In this document: positions 1 to 9,659 of the stretch, piece by piece
Layout of the letters: the number at the start of each line of letters is the position of its first letter
How positions within the stretch are numbered: position 1 is the stretch's first letter
NCBI GenBank assembly: GCA_965220965.1
Contig: CBDCRI010000001.1
Coordinates: forward strand, 299,303 to 363,302
From: Candidatus Marinacidobacterium sp.
GTDB lineage: Bacteria > Acidobacteriota > Vicinamibacteria > Marinacidobacterales > Marinacidobacteraceae
Length of the DNA: 64,000 bases
Direction of reading: 5' to 3'
Made by a program: the position numbers and the translations under genes
The notes under the pieces: model-generated
What the model saw: the letters and a program-made list of their open reading frames with translations, nothing else
Told to the model about the DNA's origin: nothing
Databases searched by the model: none

Positions 1-3
1 GCG

Positions 4-3000
4 GTGTCCTGGCTGGAGGAGGCGGCGCTCCTGCGCCGGGAGGAGAACCGGGTGAAGGTGTTTCCGTCGTCGTTGCGGGTGCGCTCGGCGGACGAGGCGA
101 AGCGCAGGCTCGATGCGAAGGCAGGCCTCACCCAAAGCCGCCGCGATGCCCTGCTGCGCATCGTGCGGGCGCTGATTGCCGCGGACCCGGACGAGGGCGT
201 CTCCACCGACGAGCTGATGGGCATTGCGCGGCTGGACTCCCCCGGCGTTCGCAACGGCCTGCATGACCTGGAGCACTTCGGCTTGGTCGCCAACGACATG
301 GCCTTGACCGCGTACGTCCATGTGGCCATGAAGGAGTCATCCCAACGACGGCTGAAGCGGGCCTGCGAACTGGAGGCGGCGCTGATCGCGCTGATGCGGG
401 AGCAGTCCCCGGACCTCGCCAAGGGGGAGGCCCAGGACCTGCACCTGCGCGTCGCCGCGCAACGGCTGAGGAACGGCGGCCTCGCCCAAACGCCGCCCGA
501 TCGGCTGTCGCGCATCCTGCGCAGCCTCGAACGGGACGGGCGCGGCGATGAGCGGGCTGAGGAGGGGTCCGGGGGCAGCATCAAGCTGCACCGCCCGAAC
601 CGCGAACTGGCCCGAATCACGCTGCTTCGGTCATGGCGCGCCCTGGCCCGCACTGCGGAACGGCGCCGCGACGCGGCCGGCCTGCTGCTCGACCACTTGC
701 TGGCCGCCCTGCCCAAGGGCGCCCGGGGCGCCGACCAGCTGGCGGAGACCACCCTTGGCAAGCTGCGGCAGGCGCTGGCCGAGGACATGGTGCTGAACGT
801 CGAGGCCGGGAACTTGGGCAAGCTGCTCGACCGAGCCCTGCTCTGGCTGCATGAGCAGGAGGTCATCCGGCTCAATCGGGGGCTCACGGTGTTCCAGCCC
901 GCCATGACCGTCCGCCTTGAGGGCCGGCCCGGAACGGGCGCCCGCCGCCGGCAGTTCGGGCCCGCGGACTTCGAGCCTTTGGCGCTCCACTACCAGGAGC
1001 AGGTGCGGCAGACGCACATCATGGCGGAGTTCGCGGCCCGCGGCCTGCAGGCCCCCGCCGACGCGCTGCGCCTGGCGAGGGACTACTTCGGGCTGGAGCG
1101 CGGCGCCTTCCTCGACCGCTGGCTGCCCAATCGCGGTTCAGGGATCAAGCGCGAGACCACCCCGGACAGCTGGACGGCAATCGTTGGCGGCTTGAGCCCG
1201 AATCAGCGAGAGATCGTTGCCGACCCCCGGGAGCGCGCCGACGTGCTGGTGCTGGCGGGCCCGGGCGCCGGCAAGACCCGCGTGCTGGCGCATCGGATCG
1301 CCTACCTGCTGCGGGTTCGGCGCGAACGGCCCCAAGGCATCCTCGCCCTCGCCTACAACCGGCACGCCGCCGTTGAGATTCGGCGACGGATTGAGGGGCT
1401 GGTTGGGTCGGACGCCAAGGGCGTCACGGTGATGACCTGCCACGCCATGGCCATGCGCCTTGCGGGCGCCAGCTTTGCGGCCATGCAGCGCACCGACGCC
1501 GGGGATGCGCGGAACGCGTTCAGGAAGGTGCTGCGCGAGGCCACCGCGCTGCTGCAGGGCGAGGGGCTGCCGCCGGACGAGGCCGACGCCCAGCGCGACC
1601 GCCTGCTGGCCGGGTTCCGACACATCCTGGTGGACGAGTACCAGGACCTCGACGGGGACCAGTATGAGTTGATCGCCGCCATGGCAGGACGGACCCGCAA
1701 CGACCCGGACAGCAAGCTTGCGCTGTTCGCCGTCGGCGACGACGACCAGAACGTGTACGGCTTCATGGGCGCCTCGGTGAAGTTCATCCAGCGCTTCAAA
1801 GAGGACTACGACGCCGAGCCCGTCTACCTGACCGAGAACTACCGCTCAACCGCCCACATCATCGACGCGGCCAACGCCTTGATCGCGCCCGCCGAGCACC
1901 GGATGAAGCGGGAGCGCCCCATCGAGGTGGACCGCAAGCGGCGCAAGGCGGTGCCGGGCGGCACGTGGGCATCCTGGGACCCGGTCGGCCAAGGCCGGGT
2001 GCAGATCATCCCGGCGGGGGGCGACGACCGGACCCAAGCCCAAGCGGCCATTGCCGAGCTGACGCGCCTGCAGGGCCTGGCGGCCCCACGGAACGCCTGG
2101 GACTGGCGCAACTGCGCGGTGATAGCCCGACGATGGCAAACCCTGGAGCCGGTGCGGAGCCTGTGCGAACTCAAAGGCATCCCCGCACAGATGGCCTCCG
2201 AGGAGACGGGCTACTTCTGGCGGCTTCGGGAAACCCGCGCGCTGCGCGATTGGCTGGCGGAGCGCGCCGGCGGCTTGGTGACGGCCGGCATGCTGGAGGA
2301 CTGGGCGGACGCCCAGCACGCCAGCGGCTGGATGGATGCGCTGCTTGAGGCCGTGGCGGCGTTTCGAGCCGAACACGGCGCTGCGGAATGCGCCTTGGAG
2401 GCCTTTCTGGAATGGCTGGCCGAGTGGGGTCGGGACTTCCGGCGCGCCCAACGGGGCTTGCTGCTGGTCACGGCGCACAGCGCCAAGGGGCTGGAATTCG
2501 ACCACGTCGTCATTCTCGACGACCAATGGCGCGTGAGCGAGCGCGATGAGGACCCCGACGCCTGGCGGCGCCTGCACTACGTGGCCATGACCCGAGCCAA
2601 GCAAACGCTGGCGTTGGCAAGCCTCGACCGGGAGGGCCGCGCGCGCCGCCACGGCAATCCGCAGCCGCGCCAGCCGCGTGCCACGCCGGCAGTCCCTTTG
2701 GAACTGCGCGACCGGGCTTGCGCACTGCTTCGCCCGGCGGCGGAACTCCCGCCGCCACCGCCCGAGCTGGGCCGCATCCGCGAGGCGCTGACCCTGGCGG
2801 ACGTGAACCTGGGCTTTCCCGGCCGGCACGTCCCCAGCCACGCAATCCACGGCGCCATTCGCCGGCTGCGGCAGCATGACCCGCTAGACGTCCTCACCGA
2901 CCGCAGCCCTTGGGAACTGGCCACCAAGGCGGGACAGGTCATCGGCCGGCTGGCCAAGCAGTACGAGCCAAAGGGGCAAGTTCAATCGGCCCGGGTCCAC

Positions 3001-3132
3001 GCGGTGGTCGGCTGGGGGCGAGACGACAGCGCGCCCGAATTCCAGGAGGGCCTGCCATGCGACGAGTGGGAGGTGGTGGTCCCCGAGCTGGTGTTCGATT
3101 CGACAACTGGCGATGGGGCGCAAGGGCGCTAG
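4..3132 (+). CDS. C-terminal part of a large RecQ-UvrD/PcrA (SF1) fusion DNA helicase, probably truncated by the window start
   Basis: UvrD motifs VLAGPGAGKTR (Walker A), LVDEYQD, VGDDDQNVYGF, LTENYRS, TAHSAKGLEFD, YVAMTRAK. The RecQ N-terminus is inferred from the family architecture and is not in the window. Confidence 0.85.
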   Translation: MSWLEEAALLRREENRVKVFPSSLRVRSADEAKRRLDAKAGLTQSRRDALLRIVRALIAADPDEGVSTDELMGIARLDSPGVRNGLHDLEHFGLVANDMALTAYVHVAMKESSQRRLKRACELEAALIALMREQSPDLAKGEAQDLHLRVAAQRLRNGGLAQTPPDRLSRILRSLERDGRGDERAEEGSGGSIKLHRPNRELARITLLRSWRALARTAERRRDAAGLLLDHLLAALPKGARGADQLAETTLGKLRQALAEDMVLNVEAGNLGKLLDRALLWLHEQEVIRLNRGLTVFQPAMTVRLEGRPGTGARRRQFGPADFEPLALHYQEQVRQTHIMAEFAARGLQAPADALRLARDYFGLERGAFLDRWLPNRGSGIKRETTPDSWTAIVGGLSPNQREIVADPRERADVLVLAGPGAGKTRVLAHRIAYLLRVRRERPQGILALAYNRHAAVEIRRRIEGLVGSDAKGVTVMTCHAMAMRLAGASFAAMQRTDAGDARNAFRKVLREATALLQGEGLPPDEADAQRDRLLAGFRHILVDEYQDLDGDQYELIAAMAGRTRNDPDSKLALFAVGDDDQNVYGFMGASVKFIQRFKEDYDAEPVYLTENYRSTAHIIDAANALIAPAEHRMKRERPIEVDRKRRKAVPGGTWASWDPVGQGRVQIIPAGGDDRTQAQAAIAELTRLQGLAAPRNAWDWRNCAVIARRWQTLEPVRSLCELKGIPAQMASEETGYFWRLRETRALRDWLAERAGGLVTAGMLEDWADAQHASGWMDALLEAVAAFRAEHGAAECALEAFLEWLAEWGRDFRRAQRGLLLVTAHSAKGLEFDHVVILDDQWRVSERDEDPDAWRRLHYVAMTRAKQTLALASLDREGRARRHGNPQPRQPRATPAVPLELRDRACALLRPAAELPPPPPELGRIREALTLADVNLGFPGRHVPSHAIHGAIRRLRQHDPLDVLTDRSPWELATKAGQVIGRLAKQYEPKGQVQSARVHAVVGWGRDDSAPEFQEGLPCDEWEVVVPELVFDSTTGDGAQGR

Positions 3133-3367
3133 AGGCAGACCGGAAGCCGCGCCAACAAGCGCATCACCGCCCTTCGAGGAAAGGGCGCCCGGCGCCGAGT
3201 CCACCGGGCTCCCGATTCCGTCCGCTTGGCGACGCCGCCCTCGCCCAAGCGGAGCCTCCGAGCAGGACGGGGCGAGCAATGCGCCCACGAAGGGGAAGGC
3301 GCTGCAAGTTGCCCAAAACCGTGCTTTAGCGTTAAGCTTTTGGCTCGTTCGAACCGAGGCCTGCCTC

Positions 3368-3943
3368 ATGCGACTTCGCGATGCCGTTCGCGTCCTGGTC
3401 CTCGGCAAGGGGCGCCAAAGGCAGATATTGACCTCCAGCGACCTAGCCTGCCTCTTCCCTGAGGACTCTCCAGCGGCTCTCGCAAGGGGCGTTCGGTCGC
3501 TGGTTGACGTGGGGTTGCTGTCGCGGGTGACGCACGGCGTTTACGTGAACTGCGCCGCTGCGCCGATGGGGTTGGAGGCCCCCGGCCGCCTTGTGGCGCA
3601 CATCCGCCCCCACGACGTCAGCTACCTGTCCTACGAGTCCGCCTTGAGTTGGCATGGGGCGATCAATCCCATCCCGCACGTGGAGACGTTCGCCACCACG
3701 GGCCGTAGCGGTCGATTCAAAACCCTGGTCGCGCACTTGGAGCTGACGCACACCAGGCGCACGCCAAAGGAGATATTCGCCCGGACGCTCTTCAGGAAGG
3801 ACTTGCGCTGCCGGGTTGCGTCGCCCGACCTGGCCCTTGAGGACCAGCGCCGCGTCCGTCCCTACATGATCGGATGCCACGTCGAGGAGGTCTATCTGAG
3901 CGAAGCGCGCGCCGACTGGCGGGAGATGGGAGGCCCTCATTGA
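3368..3943 (+). CDS. abiEi: Type IV TA antitoxin, AbiEi-like (wHTH plus C-terminal domain)
   Basis: GLLSRVTHGVYVN, YLSYESALSWHGAI and ASPDLALED motifs; its stop overlaps the next ATG (TGATG). Confidence 0.8.
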   Translation: MRLRDAVRVLVLGKGRQRQILTSSDLACLFPEDSPAALARGVRSLVDVGLLSRVTHGVYVNCAAAPMGLEAPGRLVAHIRPHDVSYLSYESALSWHGAINPIPHVETFATTGRSGRFKTLVAHLELTHTRRTPKEIFARTLFRKDLRCRVASPDLALEDQRRVRPYMIGCHVEEVYLSEARADWREMGGPH

Positions 3944-4902
3944 TGAACAGCTTCATCCACGACCAAGCGGCGGCGATTGTCCAGAACAAAAAGGACCTCG
4001 TTACGCACCTTCGGTCCGTGCGAAAGGAGATCGTTCAGCTGCATGTCCTGCGCGCCCTCAACAGCAGCGGGATTCTCGATGAGATCACCTTCATGGGCGG
4101 CACCTGCCTGCGGCTTTGCCACGGCGGCATCAGGTTCAGTGAGGACTTGGGCTTTCGCGGCGGCGGCTTTGACGGCCTCGCGAACGGCTTGGGGGCCACG
4201 CTTCAAGACGCCCTTCTGAAGCGCGGCATCAATGCCGATGTCCGCCCTGCTGGGGCGCCCGGCAGGGCGAAGGGAGGCGTGGAGCGCTGGTGGGTGCGAG
4301 TCGTCGTCAGGAAGGATGCCCCCAAGGACCAGCCCTCTGTCGAGCGAATCAAAATCGAGATTAACGCCCGAACGCGTCCGGAGGAGCGCGAACTCGGCCA
4401 CTTGGCCGACCGTTTCGGCGAGCTGTCGGGAGACCTGTCGGAAGCCCCCCTGATCCATTGCATGCCCATGCTGGACATTTGCGCTGACAAGCTCGCGGCC
4501 TTTCCGTTGAGCGTCGTCCAGCGCCCAGAGAATCCGCGCTACAGGGATGTGTTTGACTTGGCTTGGGCGTTGCCCCGGCTTGACGATGGAGCCGTGCCGG
4601 ACCGTGCGGCGGAGGTGGCCAGCCAACGAGGACTGGCGCCGGACGTGCGCGACGCCATCTCAAAAACGCTGCCAAAGCTGCGCGCGATTGTGGAGTCCGA
4701 AGAATACCGACGCAAGATTTCCCCCTTTTTGACTGACAGCGTGGCTGAAAGGACAGTGCGCGACGCGGAGTACAGGCGCAATTCGATCCAAGCATTGAGG
4801 CGGCAGCTGGATCTGTTGGACCGAGCGCTCGCGCTCCTTGGCCGTGGCCAGCGCGGCAGGCCGACCCAAGGCGGCGTTCGCCGCCGGCCCCCTTCCCCCT
4901 GA
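3943..4902 (+). CDS. abiEii: AbiEii/AbiGii-family nucleotidyltransferase toxin
   Basis: FMGGTCLRLCHGGIRFSEDL, IKIEI, ADKLAA and RYRDVFDL motifs; coupled to the AbiEi-like gene. Confidence 0.85.
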   Translation: MNSFIHDQAAAIVQNKKDLVTHLRSVRKEIVQLHVLRALNSSGILDEITFMGGTCLRLCHGGIRFSEDLGFRGGGFDGLANGLGATLQDALLKRGINADVRPAGAPGRAKGGVERWWVRVVVRKDAPKDQPSVERIKIEINARTRPEERELGHLADRFGELSGDLSEAPLIHCMPMLDICADKLAAFPLSVVQRPENPRYRDVFDLAWALPRLDDGAVPDRAAEVASQRGLAPDVRDAISKTLPKLRAIVESEEYRRKISPFLTDSVAERTVRDAEYRRNSIQALRRQLDLLDRALALLGRGQRGRPTQGGVRRRPPSP

Positions 4903-5303
4903 CCGTCGGCGCATCGCCTAGACGCACGCGCAGGCTTGTGGCCGAACTGTCCAACGGACTGACCGCCCCCCCCTCCCGCATCCCAAGCGCATTGGCCATG
5001 CGAATTCGAGATGGCCTTGAGTTGGACAGGCCTGAGTCAAAGGGAGTGTGCGGGTTGTTGAAGACCGCTCGGGACAGCGCTATCATGCCGTCATCCGGAC
5101 GCGGCCTCATTGAAGCCAAGGCAAAGCCATCTGATCCGCACCTTCCGCGTTCGGCAGCCAGCTCCGCCGCTGGATGCGGCCAGCCACCTTGCTATGGCGG
5201 CGCTGGCGCCCTTCCCTTCCTTGTTTCGCGCGGATGCCCTCTGGCCCCAAACGCGGCCCCGGCTGAAGCCGAGCCGGGAGCGCCCCCAAGTCGGCCTCGC
5301 GCG

Positions 5304-6146
5304 CTAAAACCGCAAACCCACCGATGACCTGGCGCGGCGCATGCGATCCATTCGCTTGGTCTCGACGTCCCGCACCCGGCGCCATTCCCGGGTTCCTATC
5401 AATTGGGCTGCGCGGTCCCACCGGGCATCGCGGCCGCGGGTCCGCTCCTCGACGATCAACGTGTTGCCGATGCCCGGCATGGACGCGTTCAGCTTGTCGC
5501 CAAATCGAATCAACAATTCGCGTTCCTCATGCGGAGCCATCCGCGTGTTCGGCATGACCATGTTGACGGCGCATTGATGCAGGAACGGCTCGTCGGGAAA
5601 CCGCCTCCCGTGCCGGGCCATCAATTGCGCGACGCCTGGCGCGGGCTCCAGCATGAATGGCGAATTGCGCACGCCAGAACGGACAGCCCAATCATTGAGC
5701 ACATGGTGAAACATCGTGCCGCAGTTGTTGGTCATCAAGCCTTCCGCGCCGCCGGCCAGAGCATCCGCGACGATCAGCATGTCGTTGACGGCGCCCGCGT
5801 CCGTCCTTGCCTTGAAAGCCTCGGTCGGCAAGCGGTCGATCCATTGCTCCCGATCGCTTTCGGTCTTGGCTGCGCAAACGTCGAAGACGCCCGATGGGCC
5901 AAGAAAGTCAGTGTCGAGCCAATCCGTGACTCTTTCCCGCACCATGTCGCCATAGTCGTCGGACCACTCGGATGTGCGTTCGCGGATGAACTGGCGCTCT
6001 GAGTAAGCCACCAGCCTGAGCATTTCGGTGCGAACCGCAGGGGTGATGGCCAGGCGTTCGCCGGTTGCCGCGCTCAAACCCATCAGAAAGCGCCGCGGGG
6101 CCGCACAAGCGACCAAACTGCAGTCGATCACGCAGAGGGACGCCAT
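5304..6146 (-). CDS. PIN-like domain protein (paralogue 1 of 3)
   Basis: N-terminal CVIDCS, ITPAVRTE and NDMLIVADALAGGAEGLMTNN match the PIN acidic-residue pattern. Confidence 0.55.
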   Translation of the reverse strand: MASLCVIDCSLVACAAPRRFLMGLSAATGERLAITPAVRTEMLRLVAYSERQFIRERTSEWSDDYGDMVRERVTDWLDTDFLGPSGVFDVCAAKTESDREQWIDRLPTEAFKARTDAGAVNDMLIVADALAGGAEGLMTNNCGTMFHHVLNDWAVRSGVRNSPFMLEPAPGVAQLMARHGRRFPDEPFLHQCAVNMVMPNTRMAPHEERELLIRFGDKLNASMPGIGNTLIVEERTRGRDARWDRAAQLIGTREWRRVRDVETKRMDRMRRARSSVGLRF

Positions 6147-6373
6147 CGCTGCGCGAAACCGGGCGACCGGCCCACTCGCCTGCGGTCGATTTCGGCAAGG
6201 GTTTCAGGCATGTTTTCGCGATCGGCGAGCCATTCGGAAACTTGTTCGCCGGTCCATCCGAAACGGTTGGCAAGGCGTTCGGCCAAGCGGCCTGCAAGCC
6301 CGCCCTCAACGGCCCGAACCGCGTTCAGTCGGAGACCCTGCGCTTGCAGGGCGTCTTGGCCAGATGCGTTCAT
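6128..6373 (-). CDS. Small protein upstream of the PIN-like gene (putative antitoxin)
   Basis: 81-aa ORF overlapping the PIN-like start; same layout at the other two PIN-like loci. Confidence 0.45.
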   Translation of the reverse strand: MNASGQDALQAQGLRLNAVRAVEGGLAGRLAERLANRFGWTGEQVSEWLADRENMPETLAEIDRRRVGRSPGFAQRWRPSA

Positions 6374-6447
6374 GGCGGCAGCTTGTGCCCCCATGCCCGC
6401 ACTGTCAACTTCCGCTAGGGGGTGCCTGGAGCCACAACTGGGTCCGA

Positions 6448-6514
6448 TCCAAGCTTCAAGGCGCCCTTCTCAAGCGCGGGGTCAAGGCGGGCGTCCGCCA
6501 GGCCGGGGCGTCCG
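6448..6514 (+). pseudogene. Short fragment homologous to the abiEii gene at 3943-4902
   Basis: KLQGALLKRGVKAGVRQAGAS versus TLQDALLKRGINADVRPAGAP; DNA gcttcaaggcgcccttctcaagcgcgg versus gcttcaagacgcccttctgaagcgcgg (~4200). Confidence 0.6.
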
Positions 6515-6526
6515 CAGGACCGCGCC

Positions 6527-7393
6527 TCAGCGCAGGCCCGCGTCCTCCAAGGCGGCGCGCACGTCCGCCAGACGCCGGGCCTCCGCCGCACGCGCCCTGC
6601 CGGGCAGCGCGGCGCGCACCATTGCGAAGGTCGCCGCGGGGTCGCGGTCGGCCTGAAGCTCCTGAAGGACGCGCCGGCCCATGTAGTCCAGCCCGGCCTC
6701 CCTGAGCTGCGCGGCGTTCCGCTCGATGATGCGCAGGTCGTCCTCGGAGGGCGCCTCGGGCAGGAACGCGCCGAGCATCCAGTGGTAGAGCGCCTGGTCG
6801 CCCGCCGACTCCTCAAGCCTCTGGTGGGCGAGCCCGTTGGCCTGCACGAGCCGCCTTCGATCCGTCCAGCCGTTGTCCCTGAGCCAGTTGTTGAGGCGCA
6901 CGTGGCGGATGGTCCGCTCATCCTCCGTGAGGAGCAGCGTGCGCTCCGTGACCGCGGCCTCGGCCACCATGCGCCGGTCCACCTCCTTGCGCGGGCCGTC
7001 CTTGCCCACGAACAGTTCATCGGGCATCGCCAAGTAGAGCTCGAAGGCCGCCAGATCCTCCTCTGCGGAAAGCGGCTGCGTCGCGAACATGCCTCCCGGC
7101 CGGTCGAGCTCGGCCCTGAACCACGCCCGGGCCGCCCGCTCCGCGGCGACCAGCGCGTCCCGTTGCGTGGCCGGGGGAACCTGCGTTCGGCCGAACTCAC
7201 GCCTGAGCCGACGCCTCTCGGAGGCGCCCACGCAACGCTCGAGCTCATCCACGACCGCGTTCAGCACGCGGATGCGTCGGCGTCCGTTGTCCGCCATGGC
7301 CATGTTGACCCGGCGCTGCGGCGGGTCGGCAAGGTTGTTCGAATCGTGGGCGACGCTCGCCAGCTCGGGGGCATCGGGCCACATGCCCGTCAC
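6527..7393 (-). CDS. PIN-like domain protein (paralogue 2 of 3)
   Basis: VAHDSN, VLNAVVDE and VDRRMVAEAAVTERTLLLTED...LNNW; GGAGG upstream and a GTGA overlap with the upstream ORF (start could be ATG 7384). Confidence 0.55.
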   Translation of the reverse strand: MTGMWPDAPELASVAHDSNNLADPPQRRVNMAMADNGRRRIRVLNAVVDELERCVGASERRRLRREFGRTQVPPATQRDALVAAERAARAWFRAELDRPGGMFATQPLSAEEDLAAFELYLAMPDELFVGKDGPRKEVDRRMVAEAAVTERTLLLTEDERTIRHVRLNNWLRDNGWTDRRRLVQANGLAHQRLEESAGDQALYHWMLGAFLPEAPSEDDLRIIERNAAQLREAGLDYMGRRVLQELQADRDPAATFAMVRAALPGRARAAEARRLADVRAALEDAGLR

Positions 7394-7605
7394 AGCCTCC
7401 CCGTCTTGGCGTCCTCCCGCGCCCTGAACCGTCGGTCGGCCTCCCAAAGGTAGGCTGCGGACACCGGGCAGGTGGTGCGCACGACGGGGTCGTCATATCC
7501 CGCCATGACCGTCTCGATGTCGCCCTCGGTCACGCCCAGCGCCCTAAGGAGCGGCGGATAGCCGTCCCGGAGCCGGGCTTCGCTGGCGGATGCCTTGGGG
7601 GTCAT
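7390..7605 (-). CDS. Small protein coupled to the PIN-like gene (putative antitoxin)
   Basis: 71-aa ORF MTPKASASEARL...; TGTTACAAT extended -10-like box upstream (~7647-7655, minus strand). Confidence 0.5.
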   Translation of the reverse strand: MTPKASASEARLRDGYPPLLRALGVTEGDIETVMAGYDDPVVRTTCPVSAAYLWEADRRFRAREDAKTGRL

Positions 7606-7747
7606 GGGGCGCTTTGGCCTCGCGTCGCGTGGAACGTGGCGTCCATTGTAACAGCCACCGCGCGGCAGCCCACCGTTGGCCCCGGCCCGCGCCGGAATTG
7701 CTTGAATGCAGGCGCGAACAGCACTTTCAGCCGCCGGAGGCCCCGCC

Positions 7748-8326
7748 ATGAACACCGCCCCACCGCCCATCAGCCTGCTGCGCCTGGTCGAGACGGCCAT
7801 CGGCCACGCCCGCGACCTCGAGGCGGGCGGCAGGCACGTCCCGTCGTACGCCAGCTGGCACGAGCCGCATCGGGACGGCTGCCGCATCAGCCTGGCGGGC
7901 GCGTACGCGGCGGAGGCGCTGTGCGTGCGCCCCGACGAGCCGGGCGGCCCTGAGGACTTCGCGCCGCCGCTGCGACAGCAGGTCCAGGCGATCGGCGCGG
8001 CCGACAGGGGCCACGTGGGAATCGCCTACGGTCGGCTCGGGGAGCTGGCCTGCGGTCCGGACCGCAGGCGCTTGGCGCGGTGCGCGGAGGATTGGCTGGA
8101 TGAACTGGAGTCGCCCGCCGTCCGGGGCCGCATCGACGGCTTGAGGTACCACAGCTGGGACCAGTTCCTGCGCCACCTGGACCAGCTGGAGAGGGCTCTC
8201 CTGCCGGCGCTAGGCCGGATCGAGGCGGTGGCCCCGATGCCGGCCTACGCCCTGGACGCGCCGCGGATGACGGCGGACGCAGGCCGGCCCGGGGCGGCTG
8301 CCAAGGCTGGGCCGACCTCCCCGTGA
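7748..8326 (+). CDS. Hypothetical protein
   Basis: GGAGG RBS, upstream TTGCTTGAAT box (7698), globular-looking composition, ends KAGPTSP. Confidence 0.6.
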   Translation: MNTAPPPISLLRLVETAIGHARDLEAGGRHVPSYASWHEPHRDGCRISLAGAYAAEALCVRPDEPGGPEDFAPPLRQQVQAIGAADRGHVGIAYGRLGELACGPDRRRLARCAEDWLDELESPAVRGRIDGLRYHSWDQFLRHLDQLERALLPALGRIEAVAPMPAYALDAPRMTADAGRPGAAAKAGPTSP

Positions 8327-8417
8327 GGCGCGACGGCGATGGCGCGTGGCTGACCGAAGCGTTGCCTCCCAGCGCCACGCTGCGCTCCGCCTTGGCGCCG
8401 GGCCAGATTGCCCGCCG

Positions 8418-8466
8418 TGCCAATGCCGATTGAAATTTCCCCAAAATCGCCAAAGTAAAATTCCCC
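8418..8466. mobile_element. Orphan IS21-family-like terminal sequence
   Basis: TGCCAATGCCGATTGAAATTTCCCCAAAATCGCCAAAGTAAAATTCCCC: TG end with two AAAWTTCCCC boxes, as recalled for IS21 ends; no istA/istB nearby. Confidence 0.5.
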
Positions 8467-8525
8467 GGCTTTTCGGTTCCGGTCAGGTCGCCGCACTGAC
8501 GTTCCTTCGCTTGGTTGCGGGCGGC

Positions 8526-8930
8526 TCACGGCCCCGGCGCGGGGGGCCTCGGCCCGGCCAACGGACTGGCGGACAGGCCGGGGCTCCCGATGAACCTGCG
8601 CAGGCCCTCCGAGTGGAACGCCCTGATCGCCTCCACGGTGGGCTGGAACCCGCCTAAGCGCAGGGTTTCCCGGATGCGCTTCCAATGCCCGTCCTTGCGG
8701 ATGACGTCGAGGAACTCGGCGCCAGCCCACGTCAGGCGCGGCATCCAAACCTCGGCGCTCGTGTATTTCCGCGGCATCGCCTCCCCGTGGATCGAGGTGA
8801 TGAAGCCGGCGTCAAGCAGCAGCAAAAGCTGGGCCGACTCCGGCGAGTTGCTCTTCACTTCGAGGGGGCGGCCCGTCCCCGCCTCGACATCCAGAAGCAG
8901 CTTCCTGATCGCGTCCATGTCCCGCTTCAT
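8526..8930 (-). CDS. DUF2513 domain protein
   Basis: MKRDMDAIRKLLL...LLLDAGFI...RLTWAGAEFLDVIR signature. Confidence 0.85.
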   Translation of the reverse strand: MKRDMDAIRKLLLDVEAGTGRPLEVKSNSPESAQLLLLLDAGFITSIHGEAMPRKYTSAEVWMPRLTWAGAEFLDVIRKDGHWKRIRETLRLGGFQPTVEAIRAFHSEGLRRFIGSPGLSASPLAGPRPPAPGP

Positions 8931-9039
8931 GCGTTTCCCTCCCTTTCGGCCGGCATCGCCGACGTTGCGCAACGCGTCCATTGTAGGGTCCGCAATGGGC
9001 GGCGGCTCTTAAAGGCCGCCCACCGCGCCTGGGCGGACG

Positions 9040-9552
9040 CTAGGGCGACGGCGAGCACTGCTTGGGCGCGGCGGCCCGCTTGACGCGCTCCGCGTGCACC
9101 CCCTCAATGGCGGCTTGCGTGACCGGAACCTCCTTCGCGGCGAGCTGGCGCTTGATTATCCGCCACTGGCGGGGGTCGCGAATGATGTCGAGGAGCTCCG
9201 CGCCCGCCCACGTGAGGCGGACGCCATCCCAGACTTCGGTTATGGTGCTGTCCGCCTGCAAGGGGCCAATCCTCGGCTCGCCGGCCCGCAGCCGGATGAG
9301 GCCGGCGTCCCGCAGCTGCCAAAGGACGGCGGATCCGTCGGAGCCCCCTTCCGTCGAGACTGCGCCTGGCCCCTTCCCCCCTGCCGCCTCCACCTGCAGC
9401 AGCGCCACGCGCGCCTTGTCCATGGACCGCCTGCCGGGCGGCCCGAACATGCCCGTCGACCACCACCACTCGGACCATTCCGCCGGCTCGCGCCCGGCGG
9501 CCTTCCGCATGGCCTTCCACTCCAAGTACTCGGGATCACGTTCGACTTCCAT
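9040..9552 (-). CDS. DUF2513 domain protein, tandem paralogue
   Basis: RRSMDKARVALLQVE...LRDAGLI...RLTWAGAELLDIIRD. Confidence 0.75.
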   Translation of the reverse strand: MEVERDPEYLEWKAMRKAAGREPAEWSEWWWSTGMFGPPGRRSMDKARVALLQVEAAGGKGPGAVSTEGGSDGSAVLWQLRDAGLIRLRAGEPRIGPLQADSTITEVWDGVRLTWAGAELLDIIRDPRQWRIIKRQLAAKEVPVTQAAIEGVHAERVKRAAAPKQCSPSP

Positions 9553-9659
9553 GCGCTGCGCTCCTGCGGCCGGATTGGGTTGGGTGCGGCCATGCGCCGC
9601 AACGCGCTGGATTATAGTGACGAGCCGCCCGGCGGGGCCGCAGGACGCCTCCGGCGGCC

